Sequence record: PP359696.1
Strand: one strand, 5' to 3'
DNA length: 64,000 nucleotides
DNA from: Escherichia phage Ge15
A program made the translations under genes and the position numbers. The stretch's first letter is position 1. The number at the start of each line of letters is the position of its first letter. Positions 17,174 through 30,006 of this stretch are shown here, one piece after another. The notes below the pieces were generated by a model. The model searched no databases. It worked only from the letters and a program-made list of their open reading frames with translations, and was not told the origin of the DNA.

Positions 17174-17189
17174 GGGGCCTTGCGGCCCC
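17174..17189 (-). terminator. Hairpin GGGGCC-TTGC-GGCCCC between wac and gene 13
   Basis: Perfect 6-bp GC stem. Confidence 0.4.
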
Positions 17190-17192
17190 ATG

Positions 17193-18656
17193 TTATGCTG
17201 GTGATAAAAAGGTAGAAAGTAATACCCATTTGCCGTCTTTACGAACGTAAGCTTGGCCATCTTTTGGAGCTTCAGGAATATAACCGGCTTCTTGGAGAGC
17301 TTGAACATCGTCTTGTAAAGAAGATATATTGCCTTTAGCTGTATTCACTTCTTGTGTAACTGATGCAATGTTAGTTTCGTTAGCTTTTATTGAATTGGTT
17401 AATCCGCGTTCTTCAACAGTTGAACCGTTTGGATTAGTTCCATTTACTAAAGTATTTAACGCTACAACTTGTCCTTTAATTCCTGTGCTGTTATTACCAA
17501 TCTCTACTTGTAGGTTTTGAACATCGTTATTCAAGCCTGAAACAGAAGTTTCAATTGTAGAAACTCGGTTTAAAAGAGACCCAGGAGGAGAAGGTTGTCC
17601 ACCGCTAGAATCAGTTCCAACAATTTGGTTTAACCACGAAACATTCGCTCTTAAACCAGATGAAGTGTTTTCACCGACGATTCCATTTAAAGATTCGATT
17701 GAAGTTGTATTATCTTTGATTTGGCCTTTAATACTCGAAGGAATATCATCTGAACCAATAGAAGTTTCAATAACGGTTAAACGCTGTTTAATACCTCCAC
17801 TTTGATTTAGCTCTAAATTAATAGATGCAATATTATCAGTGTTTGTATTAACACTCGTAATAATCGAATTATTTCCTGGATATCCTATTGAGGTCTTAAT
17901 AGCACTAATGTCAGACTCAACTGTTGTCTGTTTAGTGTCAATTTCATTTAAGCGGCTGTAAATGTTTTGTGAAAAAGACGGTGGTTTCGGTCCAAGCTCT
18001 TCGCGAAGATTACCAACTTCAATGGTCAAAGAACCTACATCAGATTCAATAAATTTTGTTTCTAATTCACTTAAACGTATTCCCTGTGAAGTAATGACAT
18101 CAGTATTATTAATAATGCGATGCTTCATTCCACTACTAGGATTTCCTACAACAGGAAGACCATTAATATCTTGACCGGTGTATTGTCCAAGTTCACGCTT
18201 TATCCACAGTAAATCATTTCTGATCGTTCTGTATACAGAGTTGGCCTCGGAGTTAAATGGACCAATATCAGCAAGAATGCTGTCAACCGTACTATTAGTT
18301 CCATTTAATATTTCTGTATGTTCACTGGTTAGCGTTTTAAGGTCAGAAATATCCTTTTTATTGATACTTATTTGTGCTAAAGCTTCTATATCACCAGATA
18401 CATCTAAGATGCCCTGGATGGTTTTAATATCACTATTTGCGGTTTCTAAAGATGTTTTAAGTATTCCAATGTTTTTATCAAGAACTTCAACATTTCTTAG
18501 TACAGAAACTGTAGGTCTATTCATTGAACCTTCACTTCCATACTGTGTATCAGCTCCTAAAATTTCTTCGCCGTTTTTAATCCAGGAAATGCGGCTCTGG
18601 CCCTCTGCAGGAGGGCCGTCAACGAATGGTAAGTCATTCAGTACAATATCTGTCAT
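17193..18656 (-). CDS. wac: Fibritin (whisker antigen control)
   Basis: 487 aa, long coiled-coil; C-terminal foldon-like [27 protein letters not shown]. Confidence 0.9.
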   Translation of the reverse strand: MTDIVLNDLPFVDGPPAEGQSRISWIKNGEEILGADTQYGSEGSMNRPTVSVLRNVEVLDKNIGILKTSLETANSDIKTIQGILDVSGDIEALAQISINKKDISDLKTLTSEHTEILNGTNSTVDSILADIGPFNSEANSVYRTIRNDLLWIKRELGQYTGQDINGLPVVGNPSSGMKHRIINNTDVITSQGIRLSELETKFIESDVGSLTIEVGNLREELGPKPPSFSQNIYSRLNEIDTKQTTVESDISAIKTSIGYPGNNSIITSVNTNTDNIASINLELNQSGGIKQRLTVIETSIGSDDIPSSIKGQIKDNTTSIESLNGIVGENTSSGLRANVSWLNQIVGTDSSGGQPSPPGSLLNRVSTIETSVSGLNNDVQNLQVEIGNNSTGIKGQVVALNTLVNGTNPNGSTVEERGLTNSIKANETNIASVTQEVNTAKGNISSLQDDVQALQEAGYIPEAPKDGQAYVRKDGKWVLLSTFLSPA

Positions 18657-20236
18657 TCTTTTACCTTAATTATGTAGTTTAAAGAAATGTTCCATGGACG
18701 TGTTTCATTTCCAATTAATTCAGGACGATTTAATGTATATTTGGAATTTCGTTGTGATGCCGGGTCAATTTCATATCCATCATTGGTGAAGTATGAACGG
18801 TTATCCCAGTCAAGTCCTTTACGTGTACCAACAAAATTTGATCTACGGGTATTACCGAATGCCCCAGAATCATCATGCTCACCAAATCCACCAGCATGTT
18901 TATGATAAGACATCTGTTGTTTCTGTACTTCACCAACATATCCACCAGTACAACCTACACCTAATCTAGGTTTACCAAATTGGTCATTACCATTAACATT
19001 TGGATTTGTTAAGTGAGAGCCACGACCAGAGCCACGAACAAAAAGACCACGCATGTCAGGCAATCCAGGATTTGATGAGCTTCCGCCATATCTTGTTCCA
19101 ATTCTAGAAGCATATAATGGGCAATCTGACGCTGAAACAGTTCCACCGTGGCAAAAACGCCAAGCATCACTAGGAAGACTATCAGCGGCCCACATCATAA
19201 TAGCTCCGACAGGAATAGTTCTATCAATTTCATTTTGTGTTACGACACGCTTACCTTGAATATAACCACCGGTCATGTTAACTGTTCCGGTAATATTTGC
19301 TCCACCTGAAGCTATCGTGAGCGTATTATTAATGCGAAGTGTTCCATTAATAGTTTGACCACCTCTTTGGTGGATAACATCAGCATTCCAAGCTAGTGCT
19401 GATGAAGCATCACCTCCACTCTGTGAGCCGGCGGTTGTAGTTAATTTAACTACGCCTCTCATTGACGTTGTAGAACCACGACCATTAAGAGTTGCACCAG
19501 TAACAGCAACAGAAGCATTATTCGAGTTAACTTCTGACTGTGTTCCTAATTTAATTACGCCTTTATATTCTTCAGTAGCAGATGAATTCATAAACGTATA
19601 AGGAGAAATTGCATAGCCTTCTCTTAAAGTTCCCTGGCGAACCTGCGCTACTGTTGCTAATTGAACAACACCTTGGTCCGATTCGGTAGCTGTGGTTTCA
19701 GAAGGAGCAATTTGCGCAATTAGTTTAATAGCTAACTGTTGAGTTTTTAACGGAGTCATTGCAGTAGTATCATCTGCACCAGCTAATGCTTGCGGTAGAG
19801 ATGAAATTTTAATAACACCATTCGAGGATTCAGTTGAAACACGAGTTTCAAACGCATTATTAAGAGCAACAGTAAATTTAGCTGGAGTTATAGAAGATTC
19901 ATTATTAACTCCGGCAATGGCTTCATCATTGGTTGAATATCTTGTTAATCCATAAACAGTTTCAGTTGCGTTTGGATAAGATAATCTTGTTGCCAGCGTT
20001 GCTGGTGTAACTGCTTTGGTATTATTAGTTCCATCTATAACTTCCTGTTCAGTGGCAAGAAATAAAATTCCCTTTGTTGTTGACGATGCATCAGGAACTC
20101 CATTTACGCCAGCAGGAGAAATGGCTGCTATAGCAGCCTGAACATCAGTAATCTCTGCCGGAAAATTTGTACCAGTTGGATCAAATTTTACATAACGAGA
20201 TTCATTAGAAACGTGTTGATATGTATTATTACTCAT
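18653..20236 (-). CDS. 12: Short tail fiber gp12
   Basis: 527 aa; synteny. Confidence 0.88.
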   Translation of the reverse strand: MSNNTYQHVSNESRYVKFDPTGTNFPAEITDVQAAIAAISPAGVNGVPDASSTTKGILFLATEQEVIDGTNNTKAVTPATLATRLSYPNATETVYGLTRYSTNDEAIAGVNNESSITPAKFTVALNNAFETRVSTESSNGVIKISSLPQALAGADDTTAMTPLKTQQLAIKLIAQIAPSETTATESDQGVVQLATVAQVRQGTLREGYAISPYTFMNSSATEEYKGVIKLGTQSEVNSNNASVAVTGATLNGRGSTTSMRGVVKLTTTAGSQSGGDASSALAWNADVIHQRGGQTINGTLRINNTLTIASGGANITGTVNMTGGYIQGKRVVTQNEIDRTIPVGAIMMWAADSLPSDAWRFCHGGTVSASDCPLYASRIGTRYGGSSSNPGLPDMRGLFVRGSGRGSHLTNPNVNGNDQFGKPRLGVGCTGGYVGEVQKQQMSYHKHAGGFGEHDDSGAFGNTRRSNFVGTRKGLDWDNRSYFTNDGYEIDPASQRNSKYTLNRPELIGNETRPWNISLNYIIKVKE

Positions 20237-20892
20237 GCTGTTCTCTCAAAATGATAAAATACTGTAGGAGTCTGCTGATTATCTAAAGTTACAGTTTGTG
20301 CGCCTAATAAATTCCATGTACCGTAGCCAGGTTTAGACTCAGAAATAATTTCCTGCGAAATAGTTATTCCATATGTAGAATATGTGCTTAATACATGTTT
20401 TTGATTATCTAAATAAGTAACTTCTAATTTACTACCATCTGTTGGATGGTCTTTATATGAGTTGATAGCAGTAAATGACGCAATAGCTTCTTGTAGCGCA
20501 ACGCGAACTTTTGCAACAAACTCGATAGCTGTCATTCCGGTTGTTGCTGAAACTGGAAGACCAAATACTAATACAGTAACAGGAGAACCAGGAGGAAGCG
20601 AATCATCTGTCACAGTTCCTGAAAATGCCCAATAATCAGTTTGAGAAACACCCTCAGGAGAAACACCAGTTTTATTAGTAATAATTGTACCAACGTCTTT
20701 TATAGAAAAATTATGAACATCATTAATAGCTGATTCTACGTTTGGTTCATAAAATCCTTTCGCTAATTGAGAAATTGTCACTGACCCAACCGATTGACGA
20801 TTCATTACATCGATGTCGCCAGTTTTAGGTCTAAAACCAAGAAAATCGGCTAAGCGGGAAATAACTCCCGCTTTATTATTAAGTAAACTCAT
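20233..20892 (-). CDS. 11: Baseplate wedge / short-tail-fibre attachment protein gp11
   Basis: Start trimmed to [13 protein letters not shown] (219 aa) as in T4. Confidence 0.88.
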   Translation of the reverse strand: MSLLNNKAGVISRLADFLGFRPKTGDIDVMNRQSVGSVTISQLAKGFYEPNVESAINDVHNFSIKDVGTIITNKTGVSPEGVSQTDYWAFSGTVTDDSLPPGSPVTVLVFGLPVSATTGMTAIEFVAKVRVALQEAIASFTAINSYKDHPTDGSKLEVTYLDNQKHVLSTYSTYGITISQEIISESKPGYGTWNLLGAQTVTLDNQQTPTVFYHFERTA

Positions 20893-22700
20893 TATGCAAT
20901 CCTTATCCAACGATAAACTGTAATATATGGTTGAATGTTAGTTATTGATGTTGGCGGAGTGTGAGTAGAGTTAGTAGATGCTTTAGCTTCACGGTATTTC
21001 GTGTAAACTGGACCAGATTCATCTGGATCGTATTGACATCCACCAACAATGACTGATCCATTTTCATCAACTATTAGAACTTCTTCATCTGTTTCAGTTG
21101 CAGGAAGATTAGCATTTTCCAATGTAACAGAAGTAGAACCACCTGTTCCACCTGCAGTATGCGAAGGATTTCCGCCAGAATCTAAATCGTTGTTATTTAG
21201 AGCAAAATTCGGATCCGAAATATCTTCATTCCATCCAACTAAAACTTTTCCTTGCCCAAATAATTTCCATGAGCCGAATCCCATATATGTAACAGGGTTG
21301 TTTGGATTAACAGCGTTTTCATATATAGTTCCAATAGGATAAATCGTATCGAAAATATTTGAAACAGCATTAAATTCGCGTTGATAAGATTGAACTGCTT
21401 CTACATTTGGCCAACCAATTTTATCGAAGTCTGTTAAATTTACATCACCAGAAATATCTACTCCCGGTCCTTGCGATACATAGAGATTATCAGTTTCATC
21501 AATAATCTCATCTTTTGTTAATAATGTACCCAAATCATTATTAAACCAGGTGATATTGATAATGTCACCATGCTCAAATACTCTATCAAAATGTAAAATT
21601 TCCGGTATGCCGTTTTCATCAGTTTCAACTGAATAGTCGGTATGAGACTGTTCCCAAGTTCCACCTAAAACAGAGCATTCTACTTCATCGTCTGAATCGG
21701 CACCAACACAATGAAATAATGGCATTCCAACTGTTCCAGCCAATTCTTGTAAAATTCCATTAAAACGGACCTCGAGAGAATTAGGATTAATAGGTTCACC
21801 TGGAATTAATCCAAAAGCTGAAAACGGAATTGATTTCATTGTTGATAAATCAGTAACGTAAATGCTTCCTTCTAAAGAAGTCTTTGACGTTAATTTTGAA
21901 TCTAACACTCTAATTTGACGTCTTGTATATGAACTTCTCCACTGTGATACGCCATCCATAAATGTTTCAATTTGAACAGTATCACCAATATTACAAGGCT
22001 GTCTTAATCGAATATTAAATCCATCAAGAGGAACTAGTTCTCCTTCATTTTCGCCCGGAGAGCCAAAATCACTGTTTTCGCTAAATACATCGCCATAATA
22101 TAATTCGTTACCACGATGTTTTACTCTGATGTTATTTACATTATAACTGGTTCCACGGAAAACATCTAAAAAGTCTGTTTGTCCTTGAACTTCGACTAAA
22201 AATTCTTTACGAGCTACATTACTAATGTCTGAACTGGTAATTTTGTCAATTTGTTTATTTTTGACATATTCCCAACGTCCTGGGGCACAATACACTAGTT
22301 CTAAATCGCTGAATTGAACATTAATTTCAACTGGTACTGCAGACCCTTTAATCGTATCACCGGAAGCAGCTACCAGTGTAACTGGATTAACGTTCCATGT
22401 AGCAAATACGTCTCTGGCTCTAATTACCTTGTTGTAATCATTAACTGTACCCTTTGGAAGATTTATAGTCACTCTTCCAGAAGATGTATTAATAGCGTAT
22501 GATTTTCCCCATTCAGCTTTTAATGTTTGTCCTGATGAAGCATTATAAGTTTTCCAGGCACCGGCTGAATATGGAACATCACCATCACCGAGTTCATAAT
22601 AAAGCTCATCAAAGTTTTCATTTATTTTTATACCACCTTTACGCAGGTAGTCACCGGTACCATCATCTACAACATTACCGATATTAATATTTTGTTTCAT
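20892..22700 (-). CDS. 10: Baseplate wedge / tail pin gp10
   Basis: 602 aa; synteny. Confidence 0.88.
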   Translation of the reverse strand: MKQNINIGNVVDDGTGDYLRKGGIKINENFDELYYELGDGDVPYSAGAWKTYNASSGQTLKAEWGKSYAINTSSGRVTINLPKGTVNDYNKVIRARDVFATWNVNPVTLVAASGDTIKGSAVPVEINVQFSDLELVYCAPGRWEYVKNKQIDKITSSDISNVARKEFLVEVQGQTDFLDVFRGTSYNVNNIRVKHRGNELYYGDVFSENSDFGSPGENEGELVPLDGFNIRLRQPCNIGDTVQIETFMDGVSQWRSSYTRRQIRVLDSKLTSKTSLEGSIYVTDLSTMKSIPFSAFGLIPGEPINPNSLEVRFNGILQELAGTVGMPLFHCVGADSDDEVECSVLGGTWEQSHTDYSVETDENGIPEILHFDRVFEHGDIINITWFNNDLGTLLTKDEIIDETDNLYVSQGPGVDISGDVNLTDFDKIGWPNVEAVQSYQREFNAVSNIFDTIYPIGTIYENAVNPNNPVTYMGFGSWKLFGQGKVLVGWNEDISDPNFALNNNDLDSGGNPSHTAGGTGGSTSVTLENANLPATETDEEVLIVDENGSVIVGGCQYDPDESGPVYTKYREAKASTNSTHTPPTSITNIQPYITVYRWIRIA

Positions 22701-23566
22701 TATTGAGCCACCCCGATTTTCTGCGTAGCGATAACTTTAACTGCTGCTCTCATACCGACAGTTGAAGAACTTATAGTCGCCGTTACATAATTTTCTTTAA
22801 TACTAAATGCAATATTAGCGATTTCGTCTTCTTCGGTTTCATTCCCAACTCGCATGACAGCATATTCAGAAGAAATGACCTCTGAATTAACAGTATCCAC
22901 AAGAATATTTATTTCTGCTGTTTTAATTTTTCTTCCATCTATCGATTGGCATGTAACTAGTAATTTAGCCATATTGTATTCAGTGCGATGAAATAATGGA
23001 ATGTCAACTGATCCAGATGTAGAAATATTCCATGTACCTTCAGCTGGTGATTCCTTTTGTCCAAACATACTTTCAATAGAATAATTCCAAACCGATGTAG
23101 AATTATCAGATGAAATACAGCGTAAAGTTACTTTACTATATGGACTAGTTACTACTAAATTACCTGAAACACCTTTAATTGAATCAATAGCTTGAATTGT
23201 CAAAGGATTAGTAACTGATATTGATCCATTAGAGTTAATGAATTCAACACAATCGCCGAGTTCGCCTCTTTCAATGATAACTTTAACACCTACAGTAGAG
23301 GTATCAATATCATGCCTAGTGCCAACTTTTACTGGAGTTGCATACTCTGCAATAGAGTGTTTTTGATAATATCCAGTAGCATGGATAATTTGACCATCAG
23401 CTCCGGTGCCATTTGCTACTGCCATTTTACGTTGATCGCCAAACGCATTATAAATTGCGTTAAAATCACTATTAATTTTATTACCACCGTCGAATAAGAT
23501 ATCACCAGTAGAAGCGTTACCAATTTCGCCGGTATCAATCAATTTCTTTGGTTCTTGAATGAACAT
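22700..23566 (-). CDS. 9: Baseplate wedge, long-tail-fibre socket gp9
   Basis: 288 aa; synteny. Confidence 0.88.
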   Translation of the reverse strand: MFIQEPKKLIDTGEIGNASTGDILFDGGNKINSDFNAIYNAFGDQRKMAVANGTGADGQIIHATGYYQKHSIAEYATPVKVGTRHDIDTSTVGVKVIIERGELGDCVEFINSNGSISVTNPLTIQAIDSIKGVSGNLVVTSPYSKVTLRCISSDNSTSVWNYSIESMFGQKESPAEGTWNISTSGSVDIPLFHRTEYNMAKLLVTCQSIDGRKIKTAEINILVDTVNSEVISSEYAVMRVGNETEEDEIANIAFSIKENYVTATISSSTVGMRAAVKVIATQKIGVAQ

Positions 23567-23591
23567 AGCGGTTTCCTTATGAGTTTATAGT

Positions 23592-23599
23592 ATTTATAA
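23592..23599 (-). promoter_or_regulatory. Late promoter TATAAATA upstream of gene 9
   Basis: Reverse complement of tatttata. Confidence 0.5.
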
Positions 23600-23606
23600 A
23601 GAAAAA

Positions 23607-23624
23607 GGGAGCCCATGGGCTCCC
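23607..23624 (-). terminator. Hairpin GGGAGCCC-ATG-GGCTCCC downstream of gene 8
   Basis: Perfect palindrome. Confidence 0.45.
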
Positions 23625-23629
23625 TTAAG

Positions 23630-24634
23630 TTAAAATGTAAACAGAATATTGATTTCTTCTGTTTGATCCATTGCCATGATAATAGGTGGCCTATTTTCCA
23701 TATAAATCATTTCGCCCGAATGCCTCATTAAATCTTCCGGATCATAATAATCCTTTTCAGCTTTAACGTTTGGGTCATTTGGATGAGCTTTAGCTTCAAG
23801 AGGATTCGTGATTATTGATATTTGTCTAAATCCTTTATTTCCTGGCAATGCAGCTTCAGGAAAATAAACTGAATCTAAATATGCTTTAAAACGGATAGTA
23901 TTTGCCTTAACACGGTAAATTAATCCAAAATCATCTTGTTGCCAAGTGAGATTATCTTCATATCCCCATCTAGTCGGGTCTTCTTTTAATTCCTCAGGCC
24001 AAGGAACCACGATGTATTCATTCGTACATCTATTTATAGATACATCAGGCGGAATCTCAAATAGATATTCCCAAACATATCCGTCCCCAGGTTCAATTGT
24101 TCCTTCAGCATCTCCTCGGCCTTCAGGCGGAGTCATTGACCTAGCAGAAGGAGTCCATTTTCCACCTAACTTAAGGCATTCATCCTTATCAGTTAAAGAT
24201 GCGATTGAACACATTCCGGTATCAGGAACATCTAAACAACGATATACTAACCAGCCTGCGCCAGATTCAGTAGCATTGTAAGGAGCTGAGTTACACACTA
24301 CAATATCGTTAATTCTAAATGTATATGGATCCGGATATCTAGTATCTCCCCAATCTCGACGAGGAATAACTGCATCAAGCATAGATGGAAGAACCTTCAC
24401 GGTTCCCATCATATGAGTCCACATGTCAGTTACACCTAATACGGAATCGGTAGGATAAGGTGGAGCAAAGCCCACCTCATTTTCATTTGATGACCACGGT
24501 TCTGATCTTCCAAATGTGATAAAGATAGTGTTTTTATCCGGACCACTTCCAATTGAATTATAAAAATTCAACATTTTTTCTGTTCTAAATTTTGAAGTAA
24601 CTATCGCACGATAGATAACACTTGAATCATTCAT
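23630..24634 (-). CDS. 8: Baseplate wedge gp8
   Basis: 334 aa; synteny. Confidence 0.88.
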   Translation of the reverse strand: MNDSSVIYRAIVTSKFRTEKMLNFYNSIGSGPDKNTIFITFGRSEPWSSNENEVGFAPPYPTDSVLGVTDMWTHMMGTVKVLPSMLDAVIPRRDWGDTRYPDPYTFRINDIVVCNSAPYNATESGAGWLVYRCLDVPDTGMCSIASLTDKDECLKLGGKWTPSARSMTPPEGRGDAEGTIEPGDGYVWEYLFEIPPDVSINRCTNEYIVVPWPEELKEDPTRWGYEDNLTWQQDDFGLIYRVKANTIRFKAYLDSVYFPEAALPGNKGFRQISIITNPLEAKAHPNDPNVKAEKDYYDPEDLMRHSGEMIYMENRPPIIMAMDQTEEINILFTF

Positions 24635-27600
24635 CTATTTTAACCTGTGTTGGATTTTCAGGGTCTCTTGGATTTCCTATATTATCTTTTAGACGTTTAT
24701 TAACTAAATCCCTAAATTGTGCAAATGTTGTTCCAGATGCATCGAATAAAGGACTCATTAATTTACGTCGTTCAGACGGCAATTGACCTTGAAATATTGA
24801 ATTGTTATTTTCAGCATTATAGTCATCAGGAAGAGGATATTCTACGCCAGCCATTGGGCCAGGCTCATAAATTGCTTCGCCTGTTACCGAATCATGCTCA
24901 ATTTCACCGGTTGGAGTTAATTTAGCTACTCTATCAGCATATTCAGTAGGCAATCCAGAATCCCATTTGTAGTTTTTGTATTTATTAATTATAGTCTCTG
25001 TATGTTTAAGAGTTAAACCAACATTAATAAACATTGTTAAAAGGGTAATTGCTATAAATCCAAATCCTACTGGATGAACAAAACGAATAACGTCAGATTT
25101 CCAGCGGGAAGAAGGTAAATTGGATTTAATTTTCATTACATAATATGATCGACTTCTATTAATATAGTCTATATTATTTTGAAGCAAATCCTTTCCTTTA
25201 ACCCCACGAATAATTTCGCCTTCAAAACTAGGAAGTCTTTCTGCTTTAACTTCTTGACCGGCAATCAATCTTCCCAAAAGATTATGAATAGTTACGGTCC
25301 ATTGCAATTTACCATTAGAATAGCTTCTTTCTATATAAGTAACATTACATCTTCCTGTAGCTGTATAAATCGTTTGTCCTACTAAGTCTTCAGTCAAAGA
25401 ATCAGATTGAACGATTATATCATATTCAGTACCAGCCCCAGATTCAATTTCAATTTCAACTTCTTCATTATAAAGAACTTTAAAAAGAAATTTGTATGAT
25501 GCTTCAATTCCTTTAGTAGAATAAAAATCATAGCTACGTGATTCGAAAAATCTTGTAACAGCATCACGTTTGTCAGCATTTAAATAAATGTTTCTTTTAT
25601 ATATCTCTGACCACAAATATTCCCATGCATGCTCTTCTCGTGGATATTTGTTACGAATTAAATTTCGTAAATTGTTATACTGAGTTCCATATCCATCAGA
25701 AAGATACTGAATATATGCTTCGCAAAATGCCTCAAAATTCGAATCCTGCAACAAATAAGAATCAGGCATCATTGTGCCAATCAATGGTCTTAAATCAGGG
25801 TCAGCTAATCCACGCTCTTCTTCGGGCGACCAAGGAGTTTCATGCTCTTGGTTTTGTAAAAATGCTTTTAAAAATACTTCAGTTGGCTTCCAAATAATTT
25901 CGACAGTGTCTCTAACACGATAGTTAAAATCATAGTAAGAAATTATTTCACCAGAGGCTTTATAGAAAAGCATCCCAGATGCATATTTTTTAAATCCAGT
26001 GAATTTAACATTTGGCATTACTATAGTACAATCGCCATCATCCCAGTATTCATGAACTAATCTATCTGGTGATGTTTCCGGAATATTTTCTATAACTTTA
26101 GTGTATTTTAAATCAGCATAAACTACTACAACCCTATCGGAGTTGTTTATCCAACAACGTGTGTTAGATTTTTTAGACCAGTTAAAGAACGGTTCTGCGT
26201 AGTATTTCATCGGCTGAGGCGTAAAAGTTTCCCAATCAGACTTTTCATCTGCTATAAATGCCATCATATGATAATGCTTATCAGCTAACCATTCACGAGG
26301 AAATTCATATTTAACAGCACCGATTAACTGATATTTTGCTGCAGTTTCAGGGTCATTAACAACATTATCACTTAAAAATTTAAAATTACTCGATGATAGA
26401 GAAACTAATTTACCATCAGTTGACATATTCGCATACCCCGGTTGAATACGTCTTCTTTCTTCTTCAGTGTTGCCAAAAACTCTTTTCCACGTTTTTGTGT
26501 CGTGATTTAAAACATATATTCCTTTATCAGCAGAATCAATTATTTTTGATGTTCTAGGATTAGCATTTAATGTTTCAACTTCACCGATAATAAGAGCAAA
26601 AACTTTATCACCAATAGAATCCATTTTATAGCATACTGCTTTAGGATTTCCGGTTATAGTCATTGTATCAGGTTCAAAAAGCCTTTCCGAATATGTTGGA
26701 GATAATGGATCAGAATCTATAGGTGCATTACTCGTTTTTATGTATCTAACTTTGTCTCTGGCAACAACGTAAATGTAATCATCGGTGCAAGTAATAGCTT
26801 CTGCAATGCGATATACATTCGCTGGTAAAGTCGCGTAAGTGGCAAAAATTTCTACATCAAATCCTAAATGTAATTGGTCGCCAAGTTTAGCGAATGTTAT
26901 ATCCTGAGAACTAAATCTGACATCGTCAGCTGACCATCTAACATCAGTCGATTTGCGGCCATAGAAAATCTTGTCGTATCCTAGAACGTATGTTGTGTTC
27001 GCAGATTGGTAATATACTGTCTTAGATAAAGGATATCCTACGCGGTCATTGAAGAGCTTTACAGCTTTCCAAGTTTGTCCTTTATCATTGGATACTTTAA
27101 CTACAGGTTGATAACGCTCAAAAAGGTATAAAATCCCTTCTGATTCCATCAAATAAACTCGGTTAATATCCTTACATACTTGCTGAATAGAACCTTGTAT
27201 TTCATGATATTCATTTTCACCAATAATAAAATTACTTATTGATGAAACGTCAACATATGATGGGCTGAATTGAAATGATTCATTCATCAATGCAGCCATT
27301 ATAGTGTCATTATTAAAATTAACATAATCAGAATTATTAAGAGTAAATTTTTCCTGAATGAATTTATTAGCTAATTGCATTTCAATCATGTTTTGAAATG
27401 TATAAGCATTTGTAGCAAAAGTTTCAAACTCTTCGGTATAAATCCAATCAGACTGCTCAAAATCTTGTGCAGCTGTAGCTACTCTGATAATGTATGATGT
27501 CAATGGGTCAGCATCATCAAAAAAGAAGCTGTTATTTGCAGTATATCCTAAGTTAATCCATCTGTATTGATTACTCGGGAGATTTTCCCCCGAGTTTGTT

Positions 27601-27725
27601 TTTGTCTCAGCGATTTCTACAAAATAGTAGAAATTAGCACCAACGTCATCCCAGCGTACTTGCACCTGATTTGCGGATAACTTGGAAATTCTGAGACTAG
27701 TGACTGAAGGTGCTTTTACTGTCAT
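24627..27725 (-). CDS. 7: Baseplate wedge initiator gp7
   Basis: 1032 aa; synteny. Confidence 0.92.
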   Translation of the reverse strand: MTVKAPSVTSLRISKLSANQVQVRWDDVGANFYYFVEIAETKTNSGENLPSNQYRWINLGYTANNSFFFDDADPLTSYIIRVATAAQDFEQSDWIYTEEFETFATNAYTFQNMIEMQLANKFIQEKFTLNNSDYVNFNNDTIMAALMNESFQFSPSYVDVSSISNFIIGENEYHEIQGSIQQVCKDINRVYLMESEGILYLFERYQPVVKVSNDKGQTWKAVKLFNDRVGYPLSKTVYYQSANTTYVLGYDKIFYGRKSTDVRWSADDVRFSSQDITFAKLGDQLHLGFDVEIFATYATLPANVYRIAEAITCTDDYIYVVARDKVRYIKTSNAPIDSDPLSPTYSERLFEPDTMTITGNPKAVCYKMDSIGDKVFALIIGEVETLNANPRTSKIIDSADKGIYVLNHDTKTWKRVFGNTEEERRRIQPGYANMSTDGKLVSLSSSNFKFLSDNVVNDPETAAKYQLIGAVKYEFPREWLADKHYHMMAFIADEKSDWETFTPQPMKYYAEPFFNWSKKSNTRCWINNSDRVVVVYADLKYTKVIENIPETSPDRLVHEYWDDGDCTIVMPNVKFTGFKKYASGMLFYKASGEIISYYDFNYRVRDTVEIIWKPTEVFLKAFLQNQEHETPWSPEEERGLADPDLRPLIGTMMPDSYLLQDSNFEAFCEAYIQYLSDGYGTQYNNLRNLIRNKYPREEHAWEYLWSEIYKRNIYLNADKRDAVTRFFESRSYDFYSTKGIEASYKFLFKVLYNEEVEIEIESGAGTEYDIIVQSDSLTEDLVGQTIYTATGRCNVTYIERSYSNGKLQWTVTIHNLLGRLIAGQEVKAERLPSFEGEIIRGVKGKDLLQNNIDYINRSRSYYVMKIKSNLPSSRWKSDVIRFVHPVGFGFIAITLLTMFINVGLTLKHTETIINKYKNYKWDSGLPTEYADRVAKLTPTGEIEHDSVTGEAIYEPGPMAGVEYPLPDDYNAENNNSIFQGQLPSERRKLMSPLFDASGTTFAQFRDLVNKRLKDNIGNPRDPENPTQVKIDE

Positions 27726-29704
27726 TGTGATATAGGCTCCAAATCGATAGTTAAGTATTGTGGACGTAAGTCATTTTCAAATACAATCAGTGAACCGTCG
27801 CGAGTAAAAATAACATCATCGGTTGGGTCAGAATATAATTCGATGGTCTGAACTTCAAATTTTTCAGATGTTAAATTAATTTTAGCGATATTCCAATAAA
27901 TCACATCAGCTGGATAATTTATTTCACCGATAACATAGTATTTGTCGCGTCCATCAGAATTTGCTAATTTGTTAAAATCGTTGCCTGTATACGGCTGAAT
28001 GTTTTCATTTTCTGTAACATCGCCAGAAGCAAATGGACCAATAATAACTTTACCAATTCCTTTAGAATCTCGGTCTGTTGATACTATACGAACGTCATAT
28101 AATACATCTTCTTCTAAACCAGTATCAGGATTTACAACCTTTCGTCCAGAATTAAATGAAAACGTATTAGATTCCATAGAACGATCTTTTATTTGATTAT
28201 TGTATTTAATACCTGCTTCAGGCGTTTTATAGAAGTTTTGTACTTCACGAACAATTTGAATTGTCGCTGATGAGCCAATGATAGAGTGATCTGCATCATC
28301 TACATATGTCAACATCTTAGATTTAGCGAAAGATGAGTTAAAAATTTCTACGTCTTCGGTATAATAACGATCAATTTTATCAATTATTTGACCTTCGAGC
28401 CACTGTTCGGATTCTTGTAGCTTATTTAAAGCATATGTGACTTTTAAATTAGTCTTAATAAAAAGATAATTAGGAGAAATAATTGATGGCGTAATAGGAG
28501 CTAAATTATAGTCTTTGAGATAATTTTTAATATCTTCGCGCTGTACAGTAGTTAAATATAGCCCTGATTTAGGTTTAGCAGCAATAAATGCATAACCAGG
28601 TTTAGTAGAATCAGTGAACGTCTGAACTGCTTGAATAATAGAACCAAATCTCTCTGAAACGAATGTATCATAGTCAGTCGCAGTTACGCAGCGTTGCTGG
28701 GTTTCGCGTTTAATAGTACCCAATTCGCGAATACGTTCAATATCTTCTGGATCGCCGCCGCCATCTGCCCCAACAAAATCTGGGTCATCGTTTGGATTTT
28801 CATTAATGTTGATGACAGTTATATTTGTCAATGTATCTGCATATGAAAATCCGACTGCGCCATTCGCATCTGCGCCGTTAGTACTGATGTACTCAATAAC
28901 AATCGTAGAGTTCTGGGTAGGTTTAAGACCCCCAATATAATTAGCAGTCAATGCTCCTTCTGCCGCATTAACAGAAATCTCACCTTCACCAAAATAAAAC
29001 TCAGTATTTCCATCAATAGTTTCACGCATGTAGTAAATTGTTGATGTAGAACCAGCATGAACCATTGACTTTCTTGTCCAGTTAATCCATTCTGCTCCAT
29101 CAACGTACAGTTTAACTTGGTTTCTATCTATATTTTTGTCATAAATGATAATAGGTGTTAATTTATCATAAATGATTTCAGTTCTTACTATACGCCCCTG
29201 GGCTAATTTTAAACGCGGAAAATATTGGTTATTTTTATCGCGAATAGCAATAACATCTTCGGTAGATACAAAGTTATAAGGATTAACGGAAGTATCTTTT
29301 GCATATGCTAAAAAGCGAGTACCACGAGGAATAGTAATGTAATTTCTATTCAATGCATCTGTACAAGTTAGCATAATTTCAGTTTGAGCAGCTGATTTTG
29401 AAGTAGGTAAATATCCATTATCTTGTGCAGCTTGAACTACTGAACTACGCAAATTAGCAGTACGCATAAAGCTTTCATACAAGGCAGCATTACCAAACTG
29501 CTGAATGTACAATGTATTATAAGCCAAAAGGTCGCACAGAACGTTTAATCTTGAGCCTTCAAAATCATAATCCAAAAATTCATTTTGGCCATTAAGCCAT
29601 TCAATGAGGTTTTGTTTTATTTCAGCAAATGTACCCCCGACGAATATCTCGGGAATAGCATTTGCTGTTCTTGTTAATTGATAATTTACAGGGGTATTTG
29701 CCAT
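27722..29704 (-). CDS. 6: Baseplate wedge gp6
   Basis: 660 aa; synteny. Confidence 0.92.
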   Translation of the reverse strand: MANTPVNYQLTRTANAIPEIFVGGTFAEIKQNLIEWLNGQNEFLDYDFEGSRLNVLCDLLAYNTLYIQQFGNAALYESFMRTANLRSSVVQAAQDNGYLPTSKSAAQTEIMLTCTDALNRNYITIPRGTRFLAYAKDTSVNPYNFVSTEDVIAIRDKNNQYFPRLKLAQGRIVRTEIIYDKLTPIIIYDKNIDRNQVKLYVDGAEWINWTRKSMVHAGSTSTIYYMRETIDGNTEFYFGEGEISVNAAEGALTANYIGGLKPTQNSTIVIEYISTNGADANGAVGFSYADTLTNITVININENPNDDPDFVGADGGGDPEDIERIRELGTIKRETQQRCVTATDYDTFVSERFGSIIQAVQTFTDSTKPGYAFIAAKPKSGLYLTTVQREDIKNYLKDYNLAPITPSIISPNYLFIKTNLKVTYALNKLQESEQWLEGQIIDKIDRYYTEDVEIFNSSFAKSKMLTYVDDADHSIIGSSATIQIVREVQNFYKTPEAGIKYNNQIKDRSMESNTFSFNSGRKVVNPDTGLEEDVLYDVRIVSTDRDSKGIGKVIIGPFASGDVTENENIQPYTGNDFNKLANSDGRDKYYVIGEINYPADVIYWNIAKINLTSEKFEVQTIELYSDPTDDVIFTRDGSLIVFENDLRPQYLTIDLEPISQ

Positions 29705-29712
29705 TTTAAATC

Positions 29713-30006
29713 CTATTTAATGAATACTTTAGATGATGCCTGAGCCACAGTATCACCGCATGATATTGGATCAGCCATTTGAACAGCTTTCTTTCCAGTG
29801 ACATATACCTTAGAAGTTCTAGGTTGTGTCACTCCGCCATGTGTTTCATATGGCTTTTTAATTTCTGTATGTTCTGTAATTGGATCACCTGCTACGAGAA
29901 CAGCAATTCCTCCAGTGAATACTTTACTTTGTGTAGCATTCACAACTGTTGGAGGCCATGCTTCATGGCCGGCAGTAACACACTTATCATAACTTAATCC
30001 TGACAT
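29713..30006 (-). CDS. 5.4: PAAR-repeat spike tip protein gp5.4
   Basis: 97 aa; synteny between genes 5 and 6. Confidence 0.8.
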